Source: Ginglymostoma cirratum
Lineage: Eukaryota
NCBI GenBank assembly: GCA_024137785.1
Contig: JAHRHZ010000031.1
Coordinates: forward strand, 8,059,582-8,123,581
Direction: 5' to 3'
Length of the DNA stretch: 64,000 nt
The translations under genes were made by a program, and so were the position numbers. Under the pieces are notes generated by a model. That model ran no database searches. It had not been told where the DNA came from and saw nothing but the letters and a program-made list of their open reading frames with translations. Position 1 is the stretch's first letter, and each line of letters starts with the position of its first letter. Below, piece by piece: positions 12,573-22,942 of this stretch.

Positions 12573-15500
12573 CATAAAATTATTTTTAATCTGTTTGGAC
12601 ATCTCATGACATACCTTCCAGGCAGGCATCTGATATGCAGTTATTTAATCAATCCCAGTCAGCATCTCAAACCTTGCCATAAACACTAATTCCCTTATTT
12701 CTAAACTAAAACTTTTAATAAAAGATCATCCTTGAGCAGAAACTAAGGAAAAGCATGATTTTTTTCCCCCATTTTGTACATCCTTTGAACAATTCTCCGT
12801 ATTCTCTCCTTTCTTTAAAACATAAAAAAACAGATTAAATACAAAATAACAAAAAAAATTCTTTCATATTCTTATAACTGATGAAATCAGTTGTCTTTTT
12901 CTCAAAGATTGCCATAATTTCTTGGAGCAAGTACACTTTGACAAACATAACAATCTGATAAGTGATAACTTGTAGGTACTCACTTCATTTTGAAAACTGT
13001 TTTCTTTCTAACATTTACTTTGTTCTGCAAGCTCAAACAAAGATTGTGTTTCACAACATCTTTTGTAAAATGTTTATTGTCCCAAAGAGAACAGTATCCA
13101 CATAACATTCAATGAGCAAATTTTTCTCAGGTTACTCTTTGTATGGATTTTCCTTTGGGACACAGGATAAGTACATTCTTGCACCTATAGCTTCTACTAA
13201 TGTTTCAGCAGATAAAGTAATTTTAACAACATTTTAAAAAATTTTTCTTAGCTTCCCAGGCCAACAGGCATCATTTTTTATTCTTTCCCAGGAATATGAT
13301 AAACCCTACCATAGTCCAATACCTATCCAGGAGATTGGCACGCAAAATATCATTGGAAAAAAGCGCTGACTTCATATCTTCTCGGTTACCAAAGGTCAGA
13401 AACTTGTTTTGTGCATTTTTCTGAACTTAATTCCTTTAAAGTTTATTTGCTGTCAAGACTTTCTCCAAAGGACTCCGTTTCATTCTTGTGCTCAGCTCTA
13501 ATGTCTCATAAATAGCTTGTATTCCATGAATGAATAAAAAATGTCAAACTGGACATAAACCTTGGAGAACAACCTAAAACATAAGCCCAAGATTTAAAAA
13601 CTATTGTGCTTCCACGGCATTACATAAAGAAATATTTTTAAAAAACTGTCTTTCATTTTCTCCAACAGTTTCTCTTATTAGTTCCTTCGATTATTGCTTC
13701 AAAGCCTATTACAAGGATGTTCCAATTAAAAGTTAGCATGGGGTTTTAGAAGCAAATCTTCTGAGAGTCAGCTAGCTCCTTTTGAATGAGATGTCATAGA
13801 AACTGACATTAAAACTGATAAATAAAAAGCCTACTGCCACTTTAAAACCAGCACATTTGATCAATGTTACACAATATGTGATTAGACCAGCAGGATAGAA
13901 AATGAGCTAAGGAGTATGTGATCAAATGCACCATGAATCATGAGTTTTAAACTTCTCTCTAACTACCCATCACTATCTGATCTTGAAGTCTAATGTGTAA
14001 CAACTTCAGGTTAATTCTTTTGAAAGAGAATTGCTGATGAGGGGCAGGAATGGATCAGGAACAGAACAAATTGGGATTAAGGATTTAGCGTCTCAAAAAC
14101 CTTGACTGGATGACTGTAACAGAGTGCGGCATCTTGCACACTGACAGATAAAATTGCCAGTTTTGCATTTCCCTCATCATTTAAATTCCTGAGGTAAAGC
14201 TAGAATTATTATTGGCTCTTCCCGATTGGTTGGTTTGCAATTGTTTAGACTAATGAATTTGTATTGCAGAAATTTTCAGCAGCAAAACCAATCATGCTTT
14301 CAAGATATAATTTATTCCCGTTTGCTATCATTAAGAGGAGTAATAAAATGCTGCAGTGAACTGCATTTGTATTGTCATCATAACTTGAGTAAATTCCAAG
14401 CACGTGCAAGATACTTGAAAATCTGGGTAATTTGTCCACGTCATAGATAATAAAAAGTATAGCTTGACAGATAAAGACTTGGCCAGAAAAACTAAGCAAA
14501 TTCAAGTTTGTTGTATCTAATTCAACCATGTCACAACTGAATATGGCTTCAAAAGAGGCTTTTAAATTTCTTTATATTTCATTTTCTCATGAGATTATAG
14601 CAGTGATGCTATCACACTGCTGTGACAATCCTGTCAATTCAAAATGATTGTCTGTGTGCGGGAAACATTAAGGCATTTTTTTGAGTGTGTGGTCTAGCAG
14701 TATTTAGGCAGATAGCCTTGGGCAACCTTCAAGAAAACATATTCTTTAACCTTTATGACTGTCAGGAGAGCCTTTAGACCCTCCAAGGAGGGAAACGTGA
14801 GGTGCCAATTCCAGAGAGTTGTTAAGAGTGTAAACTGTTAAATAAGAAACAAATATAACTTGAATTCGCCAGCAATAAAACGTGGGGTGTCACAAAGTAT
14901 CAGTTCCCAATTTACAGACGGTCCTCTCTGTAATTATTTCTTTGACCGCAGACCCAGACAGCTTAACATTTTTTAAGCATATGGTGTCATTAATTGTTCC
15001 AAGGAAACAGGCCTCATTAGTGCTTTTTTTGCCACTTTGAAACACATTAGATGAGATTACTCATCTAAGGATGTACATATAATGTGAGAAAAAACAGATG
15101 GTAATCAAATGAGAAAGTGGGCAGATAACCTAATGGATACTTTGACAAGCTCATTATTATAAATCTTGCAAAATATTGGCAATAATGTTCAATTATTTGT
15201 AAAGTGTTCATAATTTTCAACTTGCCATTTCCGAGAAAGCTAACGAGAGTATAAATTTGGTAGGAGGGGCTTACAGCACAACACCCACATTAAGGGCATC
15301 AATGACAACACTTGCATTTATACGATATGAAAACAAGTTAAACATCCCAAAGTGCCTGATAGGTAAGTATTCGGGCAGACAATCAAAAGTTGGTCAAAAA
15401 GAGGTAGGGTTTAAGCAGGGTCAGCAACAGTAGTGTTTTCAACAGTAATATACTGCATCTCCATCTTTTCACTTTTCTACCAGTCAAGGACATTTGGTCC

Positions 15501-15732
15501 AAAAACAAAGTTGCTGGAAAAGCTCAGCAGGTCTGGCAGCGTCTGTGCAGGAAGAAACAGAGTTAACATTTCAGGTCTGGTGACCCTTCCTCCAGTTCTG
15601 AGGAAGGGTCACCGGACCCAAAGCATTAACTCTGTTTCTTCCTTCACAGATGCTACCAGACCTGCTGAGCTTTTCCAGCAACTTTGTTTTTGTTCCTGGT
15701 TTACAGCATCCGCAGTTCTTTCGGTTTTTATT
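15501..15732. mobile_element. Fold-back Penelope-terminal mini-element with two divergent hammerhead cores
   Basis: Arms 15501-15595 and 15598-15691 are near-perfect reverse complements; flanks AAGGACATTTGGTC (15486-15499) / AAGAACATCTGGTC (15733-15746), 12 of 14 identical. Confidence 0.85.
15594..15632 (+). ncRNA. Minimal type-I hammerhead ribozyme motif, degenerate
   Basis: agtt-CTGAGGA-A-GGGTC-accg-GACCC-AAAG-CATT-aact: stem I agtt/aact and stem II GGGTC/GACCC are intact, GAAACG is mutated. Confidence 0.6.
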
Positions 15733-15949
15733 AAGAACATCTGGTCAATGTCTAGAGAAATAGAATCAATAATAGCAGTGAGCTATGTGAATTATTTCAT
15801 TTGCAAGTACATCTGCTAGTTTTAGCCTGAATTCAACAGTTTCTGAAATCACAAAGAAAGTGCTATGTGCATTTCCTATATGGTCACAGGTTACCCCAAT
15901 TGTGGCACTCAAAAGGGCAAAAATTTAAACTTGTATGTTACCTAGATGC

Positions 15950-16842
15950 TTTATCTTTGTTTCTATTTGGAGGAATTGGTCTTGAAGGACTGTAGAAAAA
16001 GAGATTTATTTCATATTTTGTGGTGATACCCGAAATTTCTTATTAAAAACCACCACTGAAGTTCACTTTGGACATGGGCGACTTTTTTTCCACAAAGCAA
16101 AAGCTTCTGAAAAATCACAGGACTAGTGATAACAGCTCGATTCTCTGTAGACCCTGGTGGGACTGTTATTTGAACAGTAACAATCTTGGAGAGTATTGTT
16201 GGAGGGAAGACCATTAAGAACCAGTGAGTTTGGAGGGAAGTTAGCTATGAATCAGCTGCGCAGTAGATCTCTCAGCCTATATTAGTTTCTGGTGAAACAT
16301 ATTTATTGTTTATAAAGAGTGATTAAAAGAAATCAAAGTTCTATTTCTTAAGCAAGCTGTGTCTGTGACACTTCAGAGACCAGAGTGTATGATTAGTGAC
16401 TTAACCACATGTTCCAGAAGATCAGAGCAACAGACTCCACAATATTCTGTCCTTTAACCCTCTGCCTTTAAGGATAACCGATTAAAATTGTTCCTTCTTC
16501 AGAAAGCCAATCTTTGCTGGGATTTTTTTTTTTCCATCTCTTCAGGAAGAGTGTGTGTGTGTTTAGAGATATTTGTGGGAATAATCATTTAAACATCTGC
16601 TTCACTCACTGTGTATCTTAATCGATTGTTACATCTTTATTCACTAAATTTTGCTTTGATTATAAATGTATAACTGTATTTAAGAAAATTGGCTGACATG
16701 TTTTTATTTGAGAATCTACATAAATAGAGATAAAGTATTCCACTGATCATCTTGATAACTGGAGAAGTTTTTATATTTGATTGTGACCCACACATTCACC
16801 AGACTAGAGCAAGAGCTCACTCCTCCAACCTCGATTGTGACA
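15950..16842 (+). mobile_element. Possible old solo LTR
   Basis: Ends ...ccaacctcgattgtgaCA, resembling an LTR 3' terminus; 5' boundary and target-site duplication not resolved. Confidence 0.3.
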
Positions 16843-17054
16843 GTGCAAAAGACTCTGTAGGTAGAAACTGCCTTTTTATGGTGAAAACAAATTCAAAGTG
16901 TGAACAGGAAGTTACATAACCCTTGTCCATTTCCAGTTGATCTCATCTTCTATTAGTTTGCCTGGGCATAGCCTCCTATTTCTGATTAATGCTTGGTGTC
17001 TTTCTTTCATCAGAGAAGTTGGAAATCTGGGTTGACAGTAAAGAATAAGATCAC

Positions 17055-17280
17055 AGAGCACTGCAGTAAATCAGAAGGCCTGGCAGCATCTGTGGGCAGA
17101 GTTAACATTTCAAGTTCAATGACTCTTCTTTGGAGGAGTTAGGTTCTTCAAGTTCCAGTGAGGAGTTGTTGGGAGTTGAGCCATTAACTGTTATCTCTCC
17201 AAAAATGTTGCCAACTGTTTTGAGTTTCTCCTGAACATCTTGGTTATTTCAGATCACCAGCATCTGCAATGTTTTAATTT
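17055..17280. mobile_element. Older, decayed fold-back Penelope-terminal unit
   Basis: Left arm on minus reads aagaa-GAGTC-attg-AACTT-GAAATGTT-aactctg..cagatgctgccagg; right arm ends ccagcatctgcaatgtttt, like 15705-15730. Confidence 0.6.
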
Positions 17281-18309
17281 TAAAAGATGTTTAAAGATGT
17301 TTAGTCACTTGTCCAGTTCAATAGGATCAAAGAATGCAATTAAAAGTATTTTTTGGTAGTTGTTTGAAAAAGATTTATATTGAAACTCATTACAGTTAAA
17401 AAGAAGTGATCAGATGCATCTTCTTTATCGTAAATTTAAATAGTGTGTTTTTTAAGTCAGCATTTAAGGTAGAGAAGTACTCATGCAAATCATCAATTAT
17501 CCTATAACACTAGTCCTGTTGAAGAACTTGGTTCCTGCTCAGAATCCTGTGTACCTTGTCACCGTCATACAATTCAGTAGTCTTGGCCACATCAAGCTCA
17601 ACTAAATCATCAGCTGGAGGCCAAGTGTAACCTACTCCCTGCTATTTTTTTTCTCCTTTCCAGCTTTCATACTGTGTAAATGTGCATTCCAATTTCACTG
17701 CCTAAGGGAAACTATAGCACAATAACACCAAACTTTTTAACTACCTTACTTCACACAAGGAAGGAAGTAGGGCTTTCAGCAGTAGCAGATTTATTTTACC
17801 CCACCATTAACAGAAAACTGCCCTGTTCGCAAGAAAACATCACATCAGGCCACCTTCAAAAATGAGCAAACACAGCAGCATCTTCAAAAACAGCTGTATA
17901 GTTTGATGGTATCTATTGCCACCAAAAATGCCAGCTGAAACAAAGACAGGCATTTCAGAGCTTCAAGTATGATGAATTTACCTTTGGGCAATTAAACAAA
18001 GCATATAAAAGCTTGTACATGGATGGAAGTGTTGAAGGATAGTCTGTGTGTAGAACACGCAACAGCAGTGATCCAGGCTCAGTCACGGCATTTTTTAAAA
18101 AAAAGTTTGTTTCCCTTTATTTCCACAGAGGAATCTGGGAACAAGTTCCACTAGAAAACCGTGTGTGTTAACACTTTGTTGAATCCATTTTCCAATAATC
18201 TGAAGTCCACTAATTCTTGCATTAGTAATTTACAATGCACCTTTACGGAGTCTCATCAAATCCACTGTCCATGGGACCAATCTGAGTGCGCTTCAACCAA
18301 TTCCAAGTG

Positions 18310-18530
18310 TCATTCAATGGCTTATTTGCCTTCACATTGGAAGGTTGTGGGTTCAATTCTGCCTTTCAGAATCGAGTGCAAATGTCCAGGCTGAAACTTT
18401 GGTGCAGTACTCAGGGAGGTGTCACCATGTATCTCATGAAAAAGATTCTGCAACACTATTTCGAAGAGGAGTAGGATAGTCATGCATAGTTTTCCCGTTA
18501 TTAATTTCCCCTCAGTGGACATCACAAAAG
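18310..18530 (+). mobile_element. Deu-domain SINE, 5' half
   Basis: B-box-like gtgggttcaattc, then ccaggctga..gtgcagtactcagggag..cactatttcgaagagga..cccctcagtggacatcac. Confidence 0.7.
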
Positions 18531-18539
18531 GAAAAAAAA

Positions 18540-19466
18540 AGTGGAAATTTATGATGATTTCTCCCTCCCTCATGGAAGGAAAAACAGTGGTCAACTGACA
18601 GACTCTGTTTAAGCCTTTTCTGCAGTCAGAATGTGCTGTTGGTGGGCTAAACTGGAGGTGATTGGAACTTCTGGCCCTCAGTAAGAGTTAGTACCACCCT
18701 TTAGAGCTGCCAGCCACTCAGATTAACTGAAGTCTACACAATTCTAGCAGCACTAGAACACGGTTAGCTGGGGCTTCTGAGACTGTAGCCCATACCAAGG
18801 TGGGGCCTCAATGGCACCTAGGACCAGCGAGAACATGGTATTGACTATGCAGCAGGAGCATGCTCAGTCCATAGCACAGGAGGCAGATGTATCAAAGCCA
18901 TCCTCTGGTTTTTGCATTCTCATCGACATAAAGGATTGTCTCTTGCTGCAACATTTACTTGTGCTTTAGGGACCATTGTGGCAGTGATATTGTCCTTACC
19001 TCTGGGCCAGAGATCCCAGTTCAAGTCCCAGCTGCCCTGGAAGTATGTCATAACATGTCCATACAAGTGGATTAAAATAACTTTATGGTGGTACTGGTTG
19101 GGGAGACTTTCCCAACCTTGGGTTGGAGGAGGAGAGATGGGTACTTTCTAAAGTATCAAGGGAAGAAGGAAAGAGTGAAGGAAAGGAGACAGAATTTTCT
19201 ATCTTCTGGTGCCCTTTGATGTGTAAAGGGCACACTCTGAAAATAGTGCCCATTCTTCCAACTTGCACATTGAAAACTTTGTTTAAACAAAAAGGTTGCC
19301 CACTCCCTCCTTTCGACGAGCTCAATTAACCCTACATCTGCATGATGAATGGGCTGCCAATTTTGCCACCCTTTCACTCTCCTTATTGTAAGGGTGAGCT
19401 TCCTGTCCCATTCTGCGAGGCCCTGTGGCGAAATCGGACTGAGTGTCAGCAGGTAACATTCAACCC
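18540..19466. mobile_element. About 930 bp insertion splitting the Deu-SINE; possible non-autonomous DNA transposon
   Basis: Separates the two halves of one SINE; right end ggtaacattcaaccc resembles ggtaaaattc at 6034-6043; the terminal inverted repeats are weak. Confidence 0.4.
18970..19078 (+). mobile_element. Short tRNA-derived SINE nested in the insertion
   Basis: gtggcagtgat..ccttacctctgggccagagatcccagttcaagtccc (A- and B-box-like). Confidence 0.55.
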
Positions 19467-19632
19467 AATACCTGGTCATTATCACCTGGCTATTTCTGAG
19501 AAATTGCTGTGCACAAATTAGCTGCTACTGTTGCATAATGACAACTGTGACCACACGGAGTATCTCTGGCCGTGAAATGCTTTGGGATGCCTCAGGCTGT
19601 AAAAGGCACGATAGAAACCAAGCTTTTCTTTT
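19467..19632 (+). mobile_element. Deu-domain SINE, 3' half with L2-like tail
   Basis: ctggtcattatcac..ttgctgtgcacaaattagctgc..gctttgggatgcctcaggctgtaaaaggcacgatagaaaccaagcttttctttt. Confidence 0.7.
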
Positions 19633-19799
19633 AAATTGTAAATCAAAACTGGAGGGTAGAAATCTGTATATTAAAAAGGAACAAACTACTTGACACGACA
19701 GTCGACCCTTTCACAAGATCAGTGGCTTTACTTCAGCCCACTCCATTTAGAGGGCATTTTACTGACCTTTTTAGCAGTAAGTTCAAATCAATTCTTTAC

Positions 19800-21080
19800 T
19801 CAGGATGTTCAATGTACAGCTCCACTAAGTGTCAGTCTGAACCAAAGCAATATTTAATATTTTGTAAAATAACTGAAGATTGACAACATAATTGGATTTC
19901 TCTCAATTCTATTGTAGCTGATTTCTGGAATCAGTTTTCAATCATAGGATACGACAGCTGGAAGTGTTTGAAATGACAAAGGACACTACAAATTAAACAA
20001 CTAAAACCTCTTATGAAGAGGTCAGCAACTCTAGAAACTCTCAACGAATTCTATGTTGGACTATTTGCTCATGCTTTCAACTGCATGAGTGTGTTGTTGC
20101 AGTTATACAGCGTCTGGGTGCGACCACACTTAGACTGTTGTGTGTAATTTTGGGCTCCTTTTCTGAGGAAGGATGCTCTTGCTCTCAAGGGAGTGCAGCA
20201 AAGGTTTACTAGACTGATACCAGAGATGGTGGGTCTGGCATATGAGGAGCGATTGACTAGGTTGGGATTGTTTTCGCTGGATTTCAGGCTTGAAGGGCCG
20301 AACGGCCTCCTCCTGCTCCTATCTTCTATGTTAGCAATTGCATAAAATTTTTTCAGGGAATGTTTGGAGAAGATTCACACAACAACCGAAGACCTTCAAC
20401 ATTGTGTTGCAATGAAGACTTGCTGCATGCATTCAGTTCCATCTGGCTACTGTAGACAATAATACCCCCATACTCTGTCTTTAACTGATCTGTTGCTAGT
20501 AATAGAAGTTCCCTTCAGACCTATTTTCCTAACAGCTGATGTCGCCATCATATCGTACGATTGTCAATTATGTTTTTAAAGTTCACGGATATTTTCTCTA
20601 GTAGATGTGTTGAATAGGTAGCCTTGGGGAATTAAAATCCTTAAGGTAAAAGAATCAGGCAACAGTACATTATTAAGGCAAAAAGAATCCTTCCCTCAAA
20701 GTACATGAGCAATCCTTCCCTGTTATAAGCTTTCCTGCTGTGACACTCTAGAAAACTATTTCACACCACAAGATTTTGGCATCCTATTGGGTGGTAATAT
20801 TCAATTCAAATTATAGCAACTTAAGGTGTTTGAAAGTGAACATTGTGACTTGAAATCCCACACTGGCTTTGTTACAAGGCTTCATTAGTTAAAATGAGAT
20901 CTCTTCATACAGTACTTAATACTGCAATTAGTCATTCGAATTCCAACAGGTTACAACAGCACACAAGATGGTGAGAATAAGGAAGAGGGCTATGGTGTGG
21001 CCAACCCAACCTGATGATGTCGATCTTTTCGTTCAGTGGCAGGCTGGTATAGAAATGCGAGTAGGGATAACTGTGAAAAC
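19800..21080 (-). mobile_element. Probable ancient hAT (ZMYM1-like/Ac group) transposase fossil
   Basis: Collinear minus-strand fragments: FYTSLPLNEKIDIIRLG, QSYD/YDG, QLKTEYGGIIVYSSQMELN, IFSKHSLKKFYA, SPT*NS; interrupted by the CR1 at 20087-20332. Confidence 0.4.
20087..20332 (+). mobile_element. CR1 LINE 3' fragment with internal deletion
   Basis: LLQLYSVWVRPHLDCCV*FWAPFLRKDALALKGVQQRFTRLIPEMVGLAYEERL joined directly to the tail gggccgaacggcctcctcctgctcctatcttctatgtt. Confidence 0.85.
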
Positions 21081-21899
21081 GTATGCGAAAGGTGGACAAC
21101 ACATACACTGTAGAATGGAACTGATAGCTGAGGCAATCATAGATTTTTAAGCAGATGAGCCAGAGGATATCAATGCCCCTGAAGAGTTTGATGAGTACCC
21201 ACCCGCTGGCCCCGAGATTGTACAGTGCACAATGAAAACATTTAAAGCAGATTTTACTGCATTGTAGACATGGTGGACTCAATCACATTCGTCCCAACAC
21301 AGCAATCCGAGCAGAAAAATGTCACAGAGTCTTTCCTGAGCTAATTCCCAACATCAGTCAATTTTATTGTACAAGGTCTGGCTATTCTAAGCTGTGAACA
21401 CATTGGAAAATAAAGACATTTTTCACATTTTTATTGCATCACTGTGTTTTTGTTACGTTTGTGCAAGAAGAGGGTTTGTTGGCAAATCAGGTCACACAGG
21501 GCTTTTTTTGGGCTTCCTTGAGGTTCCATTTAACTCAAATATGTGAGAGTGTGCCCTGCAATTTGAATTATCACAATTTTACTGTAATTTTTTAGCATTT
21601 CTGCACAACTTAGTCCGTGGGGAAACTGGCTACAGGAAGAAAATTCACCTAATTGTACATCCTACAAGATACTTTCTAGAATACGTTAACCCTACAACAC
21701 CAGCCTCCGAGACAAGCGCATGCAGCAGAGCACATGATTAATTATATCTGTACTTATCCGTATAATAGCAATCTCATTTCATACTTGAATTTACATCTTG
21801 TTGGAAATTGCAGCACTCCATTCTCTTAGCTCCAACTCTGATGTTATCACAATATCAATTGATGCTTTGTGAATAAAACTGAAGCTTGTGAAACCTACA

Positions 21900-22606
21900 C
21901 AGTAATTATCAACACCACCTCCTCCCTTCAATTTGCACCCCTCTGTCACCTTTATACTGTCTGTGATTTCATCCTTTCTTTCCCCAATGTCTATAAATCC
22001 ATTTCTAAGGATACGCTGTCAGACAATATCTAGTGCTGACTCCTGCTGTTACCGTGATTACATTTCTTCCCGTGCCATTTTGAAAAATAATTTGTTTCAT
22101 TCTCTAGTGTATCCATCTCCATCAGATTATTCTACTGCCTTACATAGAAGGGATTTCAATAGCTTTTTCCTCTTTCTTGAACTTTCTTTGTCCATTTCCC
22201 TTACATAGAAGGGATTTCAATAGATTTTTCGTCTTTTCCTCTTTCTTGAACTGTCTTTGTCCATTTCCAGCAGTTCTGCCCTCATCCCTGCCTCTTCCTC
22301 CCAGAGCCTCTCGAGGATTTCCCCTTGTCCTCACCTTCTATGTCATCAGCCTTCACATTCAAAACGTTATTCTTTTTGCCACTTCCAGTATGACAACTAA
22401 TCTCCACAGCTACATCTATTCTACTCTTCCCTCAGTATTCCAAAGGGACTGCCCCATTTGGGATACTGTTACCTAGTCTTCTACCGCCTTTAACACCTTT
22501 CCCTTTCCTATGGCTCTTCCCTGCAATGTCAGGTGAAGAAATCTCTGCCTCTCACCTCCTCCCTTCCAGATATATCATTGATTTGCCTGTATTTCTTTCA
22601 CTATGC
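21900..22606 (+). mobile_element. Penelope-like element (PLE), decayed RT C-terminus/linker
   Basis: SISKDTLSDNI, DSCCYRDYISSRA, PLVLTFYVISLHIQNVIL and SVFQRDCPIWD match PLE motifs (DSHSYLDYTSSHP, PLVLTFHPTSLRIQ, SAFRRDRSLRD). Confidence 0.7.
22140..22268 (+). repeat. Tandem duplication of about 61 bp within the PLE
   Basis: ttacatagaagggatttcaatag..tttcctctttcttgaact..ctttgtccatttcc occurs at 22140 and again at 22201; the second copy has a short insertion. Confidence 0.9.
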
Positions 22607-22616
22607 TGAAGAACTT

Positions 22617-22942
22617 GGGGGTGGCAGGGTGGCTCAGTGGTTAGCACTGCTGCCTCACAGCACCAAGAACCCGGGTTTGATTCCATCCTCGGGCAACTGT
22701 CTTTGAGGAGTTTGCAAACTCTCCCTGTGTCGGTGTGGGTTTCCTCCGGGTGTTCCGGTTTCCTCCCACAGTCCAAAGATGTGCAGGCTAGATGGATTGG
22801 TCATGGTAAATTGCCCACAGTGTTCAGGGGTATGTGGATTAGGTGGGTTATAGGGAGATTGGGTCTGGGTGAGATACTCTGAAGGTCGGTGTGGACTTGT
22901 TGGGCCCAATGGCCTGTTTCCACACTATAGGGATTCTATGAT
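22617..22942 (+). mobile_element. Full-length HE1-type V-SINE
   Basis: A box tggctcagtgg, B box ggtttgattcc, V-domain gtgtgggtttcctccgggtgttccggtttcctcccacagtccaaag, CR1-derived tail gggcccaatggcctgtttccacactatagggattctatgatt; flanks TGAAGAACT (22607-22615) / TGATGAACT (22943-22951). Confidence 0.9.

Noticed and set aside
22617-22690. tRNA gene
   Set aside because: The A/B boxes are the head of an HE1-type SINE followed by a V-domain and LINE tail; there is no complete cloverleaf
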